A stretch of 64,000 bases of DNA, from assembly GCA_964016885.1 (NCBI GenBank), contig OZ024754.1, positions 8,742,001-8,806,000 on the forward strand. The letters run 5' to 3'. This stretch comes from Eledone cirrhosa (Eukaryota). The position numbers were made by a program, and so were the translations under genes. Shown piece after piece: positions 52,086-64,000 of the stretch. Below the pieces are notes generated by a model. That model ran no database searches, had not been told where the DNA came from, and worked only from the letters and a program-made list of their open reading frames with translations. Position 1 is the first letter of the stretch, and every line of letters starts with the position of its first letter.

Positions 52086-52559
52086 TGATAAATTAAAAAA
52101 ACGCAAAGGAGACTTACTTAGTGTGAAGAATAGATGTTTGCCGAGAAGGTAACCACCATATTGTGGAGTGCAACAGCGGTTATAATGGCACAAAGGCCGA
52201 GATGAGAGAATATTCACATAACAGATCATTTAAACCAAATTTGTCCAAAAATTTGATGTTTAAGCCAGTACAGTGAAATAAATATGGCTGGGGCATCATG
52301 GGTAAATTTAGTTGTTTCTTCTTTAAAAGAACGATAGGTGAACATTCTCAATAACATATACCTTAAGAGGAAGAAAAGGAAAAAACAACACCACCCACAC
52401 AAACATATATACGCAGATACATACACACACTAACCTTTATATCTATACACAGACACGCGCACACACACCCACACACCCAGACAGACATATATTGCACGAA
52501 AGATGAATAAAAAAACAACACCCTCGAATAAACATACACACACAAAACCAACCATATAT

Positions 52560-53940
<1,381 letters not shown>

Positions 53941-54168
53941 AGGTGTGTATGTATGTATACGAGAAGATAAATTAAATTTTGTTTGTGTAGATCAAATCAA
54001 TTATGTTTGAGGTGAATGCTCAAACAAAATAAATATGGAGGGCAACAGCGTAGTACGTATCATGGTACAATTTCTAAGGAGAAAATCATGGAGTATTTAT
54101 AAGTATAAATATGGTACCAGGAAAAACTGGAAGAAGTAGAGAAAAGGAGAAATGTATTGATTGTTCAA

Positions 54169-54272
54169 TCTTTAACATATGTTTCTGTACAATTACATAA
54201 CTGTCTACATGCACTGACTAAATTATACAATGTTCATTCATATACATTACATATCATACTTCATCAGAAAGA
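54169..54272 (-). ncRNA. Type I hammerhead ribozyme (left, inverted arm)
   Basis: UCUUU-CUGAUGA-A-GUAU...GUAC-A-GAAAC-AUAU-GUU^AAAGA. Perfect 5-bp stem I. Diverged reverse-complement copy of 54319-54431. Confidence 0.75.
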
Positions 54273-54318
54273 AATTAAAGAGGAGGTATAACCAATTTTT
54301 TTCTTCCTCCCTATTAAC

Positions 54319-54431
54319 ATCTTTCTGATGAAGTACAATCATAGATATGTAATGCATACAAATGAACATTGTATAATGCAGTCAGTGCATGTAGACAGTT
54401 ATGTAATAGTACAGAAACATATGTTAACGAT
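54319..54431 (+). ncRNA. Type I hammerhead ribozyme with long stem II insertion (right arm of inverted repeat)
   Basis: AUCUUU-CUGAUGA-A-GUAC...GUAC-A-GAAAC-AUAU-GUU^AACGAU. Palindromic ACAUAUGU stem III, stem I 5 of 6 pairs. Confidence 0.75.
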
Positions 54432-55317
54432 TGAACACTCAATACATTTCTTCCAGCCTAATTTTTCCCGTTTCTTCTGGCACCAATATATATATATATA
54501 TATACATATTCAACGGTAAGGTATTGTCTAGACAAATGTATCCCACATTATGCGTGTTTGTACGATTATATATGCGCAATGGTATAAGAAGATCTGAAAG
54601 AAAAGTTGTTATAAGATCGATTCTTACCATCCATATACATATATGTATATGGATGGTAAGAATCGATTTTATAACAACTTATATATATATATACACACAC
54701 ATAGATGCATTGCCAAAGAAAAATCGGATAGCAAGTCAAAGAACTTACATAGATGATAAATATTTCGATTATTTTCAAATCAGATAGCAAATAAAAAAAA
54801 GTTACTTAAGAATGGTAAAATTCCCAGATTTCAATATCCTATACAGTTGTTTGATGAGTGAAAATACAAATGGATGGAACCATAAGATGAAACACACAAT
54901 CATCAGTAGAAATTTCATCTTACTAAATGCATTATATACAACTCATCCCCATAGCTTCAAAATAGGGTTTGAACACACATGGTGAGGAAGATAATAATAT
55001 GAGAATACAGACAGGCCAACAGGAATACTAGAAATAACAATGCGTTCGGTCTACAAGGAATCAGCTCTACTAAAATTTAATGTTAGGAACAGAAATATAT
55101 GTATTAAAATATTGGTTAATACATAAAGTAATTAATGATATTGTGTGACAAAAGTATAGGTTAGTCAAAGTGATAGAGGTAGTCACAATTAGAACCTAAA
55201 GTCAGCTCAACTAATATAAAAGGTAAGAATTTCTTAATGCATTGTTACAATATTCAGTGTGTTCCTTAAATATATCTAAAGGGGCGGAGAGTCGGGAAAT
55301 TCTAAATGACACGTTCC

Positions 55318-55498
55318 TACTCAGCTGTAGAAATGAGATGATAGGGACTGGGGTCCATATCATTCCACTGCAAAGTGGTTGTGGAGGTGCCACGGCAAAA
55401 AAGCACCCAGCACTCACTGTAAATGAGGTTGGTGTTAGGAAGGGCATCCAGCTGTAGAAATCAAGCCAGCATCAGTTCCCGTCCCACCCTTGCAAGCA
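55318..55498 (+). mobile_element. 3' half of the same composite SINE
   Basis: Near-identical to 8803-8983. Confidence 0.85.
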
Positions 55499-55539
55499 GT
55501 AGGTAGTAAAACACTGGTAGTAAAACACTGGTGTTTAGT

Positions 55540-55682
55540 CAGGGTCGTCTTAACAGCATTATAGGCCCCTGGGCAAAGCAGAGCACTGGGGCCCCTAGCT
55601 ACACAACTACTCACAGGAATAAAAATACACAAATGGGCCCCCGGGCAACTGCTCAGCGTGCCCATGCGTTAAGACGGCTCTG
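55540..55682. mobile_element. hAT-like MITE
   Basis: TIRs cagggtcgtcttaac / gttaagacggctctg (13 of 15 match), subterminal gggcccc motifs, imperfect flanking duplication gtgtttagt / gtgttggt. Confidence 0.75.
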
Positions 55683-55790
55683 GTGTTGGTACCAAATCAA
55701 GCACTCTATGCAGAGGCAGAGTGTATATAATAGTAAAAAAACGAGGAAGTTTCGTTTACATATGAAAAATATTTATTGCCTATCGACCTC

Positions 55791-56533
55791 TTATATATAA
55801 TGTGTATGTGTATATAAATACACACGACCTGTTACATATATATATAATGTGTATGTGTATATAAATACACACGACCTGTTACATATATATAATGTGTATG
55901 TGTATATAAATACACACGACCTGTTACATATATATAATGTGTATGTGTATATAAATACACACGACCTGTTACATATATATAATGTGTATGTGTATATAAA
56001 TACACACGACCTGTTACATATATATAATGTGTATGTGTATATAAATACACACGACCTGTTACATATATATATAATGTGTATGTGTATATAAATACACACG
56101 ACCTGTTACATATATATAATGTGTATGTGTATATAAATACACACGACCTGTTACATATATATAATGTGTATGTGTATATAAATACACACGACCTGTTACA
56201 TATATATAATGTGTATGTGTATATAAATACACACGACCTGTTACATATATATATAATGTGTATGTGTATATAAATACACACGACCTGTTACATATATATA
56301 ATGTGTATGTGTATATAAATACACACGATCTGTTACATATATATAATGTGTATGTGTATATAAATACACACGACCTGTTACATATATAAAAATAATAATA
56401 ATAATGAAATTATTGTGTAAAGTGCTCAGGTGCACCACAACTCGTCAATATATATATATAATGTGTATGTGTATATAAATACACACGACCTGTTACATAT
56501 ATATATAATGTGTATGTGTATATAAATACACAC
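55791..56533. repeat. Homogeneous 45-49-bp minisatellite (~14-15 units) interrupted at about 56390-56448
   Basis: ataatgtgtatgtgtatataaatacacacgacctgttacatatat; units differ mainly in (TA) number. Confidence 0.97.
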
Positions 56534-57058
56534 ACACCTATACTCAGATGCATATCTTAGAACGTCGTTTCCTGTGTTTTCCATAACAGTTTCACGACTT
56601 CTTCTCTCATTCACTCTCACACCATAGACGCGTGTGTTTAATATGTACCTGTCTAGAGTTTGTGATTGTGTGTGGGCTTTTCTATACATAGCCGTGTATT
56701 TGTATAAGAAACACCTTGTGTGAATGTTTATGTGTAACTTTTTAGGTGTTAAAGACGGAGATATGCATAAATATACAAAACAAAACAAACGCGGTTGATA
56801 TATTATATAAAGAAATAATTCAAGGGAGAGAACTGATGTAATGTTATTTGTTACTGCTGACAAGTAACAGCACAACAGCAATGCAAACAACACACACACA
56901 CACATATATACTTACATACACACAGTCAATCATTTGAGTATTTTTCATTACTTTATTTACATTAGGTTTGTTATTGTTGTCGTTATTTAGTTTTCTTTTT
57001 CATTTCCACATATTTATTTTGTTCAAATAAAAGATAAGAAACTCTCTACCCACATTAA

Positions 57059-57095
<37 letters not shown>

Positions 57096-57275
57096 GGAAT
57101 AAGTATTGTTCCTATTACCCACTCTACTACCCTAATTATTGAGTACTTTGGTGCGTTATGGTGCATCTGGTTCCTTACCACAATTCCTTCGTTATATATA
57201 TATATATGTATACACACACACACACTGGACTACTATAATGTGTAACTTGACTGACATTACTGTATGAATTAGTTA

Positions 57276-57313
<38 letters not shown>

Positions 57314-58035
57314 GCTTTTTAAAACTTTTTCTTCGATAAACTGTTGGAATTCTTAGATTTCTTTGACTGTTATCAGCTTATGACCCTTATGTATGTGCTT
57401 GTGTGTATGGGAAAAGTAAAAGGATAAAAACCACAGACGATGAGGTACGATGAAGATATATATTATATAGTTTCATGCTTAATATAGTAAGAAAATTGAT
57501 AACGTTTTGGAGGCTAGTCCTTCATCAAAAATTAGAACGAGAAATTAAAGAAGAAATAGAAAAATAGAAGATAGTGAGAAAGGATAGAAACGATAAAACA
57601 TTTCTTTGAGAAAAGCAGGTCTATTCATTTTTCGATTTCGTTTAAAAAAACTATATATATATATATTGTATTGATATTAGTTAAGAAAATAGCTGAAAAC
57701 CCTCTGGCAATGTCTTTATATTAAAATACACGCAGACATATACATTTAATTTAACCTCAGGTAAAGGCATGTATTACTTGCGGTGAATGAAGACAATATA
57801 TTCTCAGAAGTGTGATAGAAGAAAATTTTGTCTTCAGTGATAAACGTATATAATGATAATAATTGTTTCTACTTTAGGCACAAGGCCAGCAATTACCCAG
57901 TGCATTACTGGTACTTTATTTTATCGACCCCCGTAAGGATGAAAGGCAAAGTTAACCTCGGCGGGATTATAATAATGATTGCTTGAAAGCACTTGTATAT
58001 GAATGTGTATGTATACACAAATACACACACACATA

Positions 58036-58067
<32 letters not shown>

Positions 58068-58289
58068 CACACTCACATATGTGTGTGTGTGTATACACAC
58101 ACATATATATATATATATATGTATGTATATATATATATATATACACTCACATATGTGTGTGTGTGTGTATACACACACACACACACACATATATATGTAT
58201 ATATATATATATAATTTTACGTTTAGAAAAATAGACGTACATTGTTGATGATGCATATATCTACATATATATATATTCATACATGTGTG

Positions 58290-58323
<34 letters not shown>

Positions 58324-58631
58324 AACACAAAGAACATTTGTATAAAATGCTATTTTAAAATGTCTAACCTGAGTTGTGAGGAGAGTTGCATCGATGTAAA
58401 AGTGTAGGCGAAGATCCAACAGCTATAACCGATCGTCTTCCATGAGAACGACTGTGAAGTAAATGAAAAACATTGGAGAAATTATTAACAAAAATAACGA
58501 AAAAAAAAATTTTTCAAAAAAAAAATATTTTAAATTCTTGGAATTAGCAAAGTAAATTCCATCGAAGTGAATTGGATGTAAGGGAAGTAACTCTAGAAAC
58601 CATTTTGTGATATTGAAGAAAATTAATTCGC

Positions 58632-58947
58632 ATTGACAGTATCGTCGGACGTCATGCTTTGACGCATAGAGTTACGGCCCTTGCCATTCTGAGTTCAAAT
58701 CCCGCCGAGGTTAACTTTGCCTTTCATCCTTACGGGGTCGATAAAATAAAGTACCAGTAATACACTGGGATAATTGCTGGCCTTGTGCCAAAAGTGGAAA
58801 CAATTATATTTGGTAGATTGGCAGTATCGGTAGAGGGTTTGAGTTAAAATCCCGTTGATGTTAACTTTGCATTTCATCCTTACGGGAAGTACCAGTAATG
58901 CACTGGTATAATTGCTGGCCTTGTGCCAAAAGTAGAAACAATTATAT
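58632..58947 (+). mobile_element. Tandem pair of family A SINEs
   Basis: Two head-to-tail copies, the second internally deleted. Confidence 0.85.
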
Positions 58948-59163
58948 TTGTACACAAACAATATAGGAATTGACGAAAGCTGCGAGCTATGAGTATGTAA
59001 AGACATTTATAGACCTGTCAACTCTCCGGAGGGGGGGGGGGGGTCTCCCACCCACTTTGGGGTGGGTGAGAGATGTCTTCTCTAGTGAAAATGAGCATAA
59101 CTGGCCAACAGACAGGACAAACATGACACTCACAAAGAAAGACTAAAACAAAGACAAGCTTAC

Positions 59164-59192
59164 CTTCCTTTCCTACTTAAACTGAGATCTTT
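59164..59192 (-). CDS. MAST: 29-nt coding exon of the MAST-family kinase (KDLSLSRKG+AG)
   Basis: Acceptor ttttcttttccttttgacattttcag, exon AAAGATCTCAGTTTAAGTAGGAAAGGAAG, donor GTAAGC. In frame after the 60030-60118 exon and equivalent to the MAST KELSLPRRGS segment. Ends in phase 2. Confidence 0.88.
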
Positions 59193-59304
59193 CTGAAAAT
59201 GTCAAAAGGAAAAGAAAAAATATATATATAATAAGAACATAAAAAACATAAATACAAGTAAATGGCAATAATTAAAACAAATAGTAAAAATAATGTTTGA
59301 TACA

Positions 59305-59585
59305 TGATAATGTTAGTTAGATGATAACGTCAATTATATGATAATGTAGGTTAGATGATAATGTAGGTTAGATGATAATGTTGGTTAGATGATAATGTTG
59401 GTTAGATGATAATGTTGGTTAGATGATAATGTTGGTTAGATGATAATGTTGATAAGATGGTAATGTTGATGAGATGGTAATGTTGATAAGATGGTAATGT
59501 TGATGAGATGATAATGTTGATAAGATAGTAATGTTGATTATTTGATAATGTTGATTATTTAGTAATGTTGATTATTTGATAATGG
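59305..59585. repeat. ~15-17-bp minisatellite in the short MAST intron
   Basis: gatgataatgttggtta units drifting to gatggtaatgttgat variants. Confidence 0.9.
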
Positions 59586-60029
59586 TTCTGGTGACCAGAG
59601 TTTAGTGGAAGAAGAGTAATAATATCTGGTGAAGCTATAAATAGGGTGTAAACCAAGAAATAATCTTAATTTTGTGTACCATGTTACACCTTTGTCAGCT
59701 GAGTGGACTGGGGCAATGTGAAATAAAGTGTCTTGCTCAAGGACACATTGTATCACTAGGAGACAAACTTATGATTGTGAGTCATACACCCTAACCTTTA
59801 AGCCATGCATCTTCTTCCAGTTTCGAATGGGTACACCATATCCCATATATCATAAGAGGTGACTAAAAGTGTTGGCACCAGGAAGAGCATCTGGCCATAA
59901 AACATTGCCTTGAAAAGAAGCCTATGATAGGTATGAAGCTTGTCATAGGGCTCTGTCATAGGGTTAGCCTTAAAATGTGTGCTGTTGGTGTTGTTGTTGC
60001 TGTAATCCAAAGGAGGAAGACCAACTTAC

Positions 60030-60118
60030 CATACTTGCTGAGAGGGATGGTGCAGACTGACCCAAAACAGAATTGTGCATCCGTAATAAGTTTGTGCTCT
60101 CAGAATTGCTGGAAATAC
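60030..60118 (-). CDS. MAST: Internal coding exon of a MAST-family (microtubule-associated serine/threonine) kinase, N-terminal region
   Basis: Minus strand: polypyrimidine acceptor tctttctctttgatag, 89-nt exon (phase 1 to 0) encoding (G)ISSNSESTNLLRMHNSVLGQSAPSLSASM, donor GTAAGT. Matches the MAST motif SNLVRMRNQSLGQSAPSLTAGL recalled from vertebrate MAST2/4. Confidence 0.92.
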
Positions 60119-60225
60119 CTATCAAAGAGAAAGATATTAATAGAGAAATTAAGTTTAGCAGTTCCACATATGTTTAGGAACAAAACACAAGTTTAAATTT
60201 CACAATAAAACTGAAAATAACCTTT

Positions 60226-60715
60226 CGACCCTGTAAGGGTGAAAGGTAAAACTAATCTAGGTGGGATTTGAACATAGATCATAAAGGGCTGTAACTCTAT
60301 GCTGCAAAGCATGTTGTCCGATGCTCTACCGATTATTGCCCATCTACCGCCGTAATCATTGTTTCTACTTTTGGCACAAGGCCAGCATTTATCCCAGTGT
60401 ATTACTGGTACTTTATTTTATCAACGCCACAAGGGTGAAAGGCAGAGTTAACTGCGGCAGGATTTGAACTCAGACCATAAAGGAGCGTAACTCTAAGCTG
60501 CAAAGTATGGCATCCGACCCTCTACCGATTCTGCCAATTTACCGCCCTAATAGTGGTTTCTGATTTAGGCACAAGTCCAACAATTTTGGGGGAGGAGAAA
60601 GTTGATTAATTCGACCCTAATGCATTACTGGTACTTTATTATATCGACCCTGTAAGGGAGGTAACTATATGTCTCAAAATATGTTGTCTGATGCTCTATT
60701 GATGCTGCCAATCCA
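60226..60715 (-). mobile_element. Head-to-tail array of three family A SINEs
   Basis: Three consecutive units just upstream (in gene sense) of the 60030-60118 exon. Confidence 0.85.
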
Positions 60716-61046
60716 ACAACACAGCTACAGAATGCATGCACACATATATACACACATATATATGCATATACACACATGCACACATACATACACATACAGG
60801 GTTCTTTTGAACATTGGTATTTGGTAATTGAAAAAGTACTTTTACTGAGAAACATTGTAAAGATATTTAATACCAACAGAAGATGTCCTGCTGACAACCA
60901 ACACTAGCAAGCAGTTTATATCAGATATTTTATTACAGAATAACCACCAAAGTGTTTATATTTATCAATGAGGCAACGAATTGGCAGAGTCGTTGAAACA
61001 TTAGAATGTTGGCTAGATTACTTTGTGCTATATGTCCCAAATCTCT

Positions 61047-61206
61047 GTGGTGGATTGGCAGAATCGGTAGAGCGTTGGACACCATGCTTTGCAGCATAGT
61101 GGCATGGCCCTTTATAGTCGGAGTTCGAATCCCGTTGTGGTTAGTTTTGCTTTTCATCCTAACGGGATCAACAAAAATAAAGCACCAGTAATGCACTGGG
61201 GTCAAT
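61047..61206 (+). mobile_element. SINE family A interrupted by TTAA MITE (tail resumes about 61456-61510)
   Basis: ggattggcagaatcggtagagcg...ggagttcgaatccc, ...ggggtcaatTTAA[MITE]tcaactttccc...gtgcctatagtagaaacca. Confidence 0.85.
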
Positions 61207-61401
61207 TTAACCCTTTAGCATTTAAACCGGCCATATCCAGCCAGAATTCTCTGACTCCCTTTCTGTTCAAACCAGCTGTAAATGGCCACTCAGGCTGATG
61301 TTAAGGTATTGTTCTCAAAGTAAATAACATCAAAATCTCATAGATTCAATATTATGTTTGATATTATGTGAGGCAAAGCCTTTATCATGAAAATGCAATA
61401 G

Positions 61402-61432
<31 letters not shown>

Positions 61433-61455
61433 CAGTGTAAATGCTAAAGGGTTAA
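61207..61455. mobile_element. TTAA MITE family 1 copy
   Basis: TTAACCCTTTAGCATTTA ... TAAATGCTAAAGGGTTAA, perfect TIRs. Confidence 0.9.
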
Positions 61456-62338
61456 TCAACTTTCCCCTCTCTCGAAATTGCTGGTTTTGTGCCTATAGTA
61501 GAAACCATCATTTCCTGATAACCCTGATTTTTTTTTTTATTGAAGGACCCTAGGACCCCACAAGTTCTAATCCCACTGTGGTTAACTTTGCTTCCAGTTC
61601 AGAACTGAGGACTGATTCTTCCTTTAGTTTTTTTTTTCTCTATCCTTCTCTCTGGAAGAAATCAGCTGTGTTCAGACCCAAAGAGGAAAGGTCTTACATC
61701 ATGTTTGAGTGCCCCTATAGTTCCATTAGGAGTAAAGGGCTCTTGGATAATTGGATATCTATCAATGAGATTAACCACAGCTGAATCATATTATTTTAGG
61801 ACTGAGAAGGAAAGTAGATTGGTACAATCAGTAGAGTATTAAATAAAATGCTTTGCAGTACTTAGTTACAAGCTTCTATTCTAAGTTCCGAGTCCAAATC
61901 TTGCCATGGTCAACTTTGCCTTTTTTCCCTTTCAGGGGCCAATAAGTTACTAGTTAAATATTGGAGTCAATATAATTGACTTTCCTCCTCAGAATGACAT
62001 GGTCTAACTGGATCAAACCTGTAGTAAAACTATCCCTAGGAGAAATATTATATCTACCTGGTGTATCTATTAAGTCCTTATGTTTCAGGATGATGCAAAG
62101 TTACTAATGTTATACATTTTATTACAGTAGATTTTGGCAGGATTTCAACTCAGAACGTAAAGGGAAGTAACTCTATGCCATGAATAATAATTATTTCTAC
62201 TTTTGGCACAAGGCCAGCAATTATCCCAGTGCATTACTGATACTTTATTTTATCGACCCCATAAGGATGAAAGGCAAAGTTAACCCTGGTGAGATTTGAA
62301 CTCAGACCATAATAATAAATAGTAAATGTAAAAATATG

Positions 62339-62371
<33 letters not shown>

Positions 62372-63506
62372 GAGGAAAGTGAGACCAAACAAAACAAAAC
62401 CAAAAATGAAATGCAATAGTAAGATGTGAGTTCTATCAACACTGGTGGAATTCCACAAGTTCTAAAAAACTCATTCCGTAGATATGCTAGTTTGGCAGAC
62501 CTAACCATGGCATCTTCTATCTTCAGAATTCATCTCAGATTCCAACCAAACATGACACAATCTCACCAACTTGTTCTCTACTATGTAGTAGCTTTCTTCT
62601 TAACCCCCTCATACACCCATCCCCTCTTTGTTGTTGCTGTTCCAGTTTACTTAAGTTATGTTATGTTATGCCACATGTAAAGATAGAAAGAAAGGAAAAA
62701 AAATAGGAGGGTTGAAAGAGAAGGGGGGAAGGGGATGAGGGGAAGGGGATGAGGGGAGATGGGTGGAGGGGAAGGGAAGGAGGGAAGGGGAAGACCACCT
62801 TAATGTTTTTGGCTTGCATGAAAACAGAAACACTATATTTCATGAGGTAACATTTTAAATATGTTCTTGAGTGTGTGCAATGGCAGAGAGAGAGAGAGAG
62901 AGGAGAGAGAGAGGGAGGGAGAGCGAGTGAGCATATGCGTGTGTGTATCATCATCACCGTTTAACATTCCTTTTTCCACACTAGCATGGGTTAAATGGCA
63001 TATCCCGTTGTGAGACAAGTCAGATCAGATGACCGTGTCTTGCTCATATACAGAACCGTTTCTGGCTTGGTTTCTACAGCAGTGCCCATGTCTAGTGAAT
63101 AGGAGAGAAGTAAGGAGCTATCCTCAACTCAGAGACATGGTCCAAATACTTGCACCGAAGTAGCCTATGCTACAGGTACTCAAGGTGGCAAGAGGCAATG
63201 TTAAATTGGGCGACAAGTTAAGTCTACCTACCAAACAAGAACTCAGAATCCAAATAGGCCAGAACAAGATTTGAATTCGGAACACAAAAAGCTCCAACAA
63301 ATACAAGGCCCTTGTTCTCTGGCCAAATGATTTTGTTAATTTCTTGCTTATGGGTTTTAATATATGTATTAACTCTTTTGATACCAAACTATCTGAAAAA
63401 CATTCTTGATTTATGATACAAAACAGCCCATTTTAAATGTTTTATCCTCATATTAAAAAATTCCATCATAAGTTTATTTGAGTAAAAGAATATCAACCCT
63501 TTATAC

Positions 63507-63810
63507 TGGAGGCATGTGGCCTAGTGGTAAGGGCGTTGGACTTACGATCATAATGTTGTGGGTTTGATTCCTGGGTTGGGTGTTGTGTTCTTGAGCAAAA
63601 CACTTCATTTCACGTTGCTCCAGTATACTCAGTTGCAAATGAATACCAGCAGTAGCTGGAGGTTTAACACTGCAATGGACTGGCGTCCTGTCCGGGTGGG
63701 TGCGGTGGGTGGGTGGGTGGGGGGTTGTCTTGTACTCTCAGTCACTTCACGCCATGAAACTGGGATAAGCACTGGCCAAATGAGCCTTCTGGCTTAAGAC
63801 AGACTTTAGA
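63507..63810 (+). mobile_element. Full-length tRNA/CORE-type SINE with V-like segment
   Basis: tggcctagtggtaagggcg head, ttcttgagcaaaacacttcatttcacgttgctccag, gcaatggactggcgtcctgtcc, (actttag) tail. Related heads at 7450-7615(-), 36775-36910(-), 41750-41870(+) and 59690-59812(-). Confidence 0.8.
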
Positions 63811-64000
63811 CTTTAGATATATACTATGGGAGCAATGTGAAATAAGGTGCCACCGGGAATCAAAATCACGCCCTTATGAATGTGAGCTAAACAGCCTATC
63901 CACTAAGCCATGTACCCTCCCACATACAAAATAAAAATGATAATTACATCACACAGTAAAGGAAACAAAAATATATAAACAAATATGACTAATCACTGAT

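Larger units (their letters stand above)
54112..55080 (+). mobile_element. Decayed Penelope-like retroelement: inverted pseudo-LTR pair followed by RT remnants
   Basis: Inverted arms about 54112-54272 and 54320-54485, each with a hammerhead. Downstream broken frames give FNGK..RQ, PTL, RTYIDD and THPHSFKIG in the order expected for PLE reverse transcriptases. Confidence 0.6.

Noticed and set aside
55791-56533. CRISPR-like regular repeats
   Set aside because: No unique spacers, no cas genes, eukaryotic context; a simple VNTR.
57495-57533. Hammerhead-like TTGATGAAGGACTAGCCTCCAAAACGTT on the minus strand
   Set aside because: Both core segments are mutated (CUGA>UUGA, GAAA>AAAA) and stem I is unconvincing; at most a dead relic.
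61047-61140. tRNA-like A/B boxes (also 8693, 41750, 63507)
   Set aside because: They continue into SINE bodies and do not form cloverleaves; SINE heads, not tRNA genes.

Overview
AT-rich, microsatellite-saturated animal genomic DNA. The SINE, MITE and LINE inventory looks like an octopod cephalopod (inferred from repeat style, not from a search). Almost all ORFs in the supplied track are simple-repeat artefacts. The window lies inside the 5' part of a minus-strand MAST-family (microtubule-associated Ser/Thr kinase) gene. It has an 89-nt exon at 60030-60118 (ISSNSESTNLLRMHNSVLGQSAPSLSASM), a 29-nt exon at 59164-59192 (KDLSLSRKG), a candidate 8/15-nt microexon at 42732-42746 and a probable alternative first coding exon at 32446-32596. 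No further downstream exon was found. The introns hold many tRNA-derived SINEs, TTAA-ended (piggyBac-like), Tc1/mariner and hAT MITEs, RTE and R4/Dong LINE fragments, a decayed Penelope-like RT, and minisatellites. The main unexpected signal is a set of type I hammerhead ribozyme motifs: six with an intact catalytic core plus several truncated or degenerate ones. They sit in short, mutually dissimilar elements, mostly beside (TA)n tracts. Four are sense to the MAST pre-mRNA, and one (49830-49911) has a full-length stem III.
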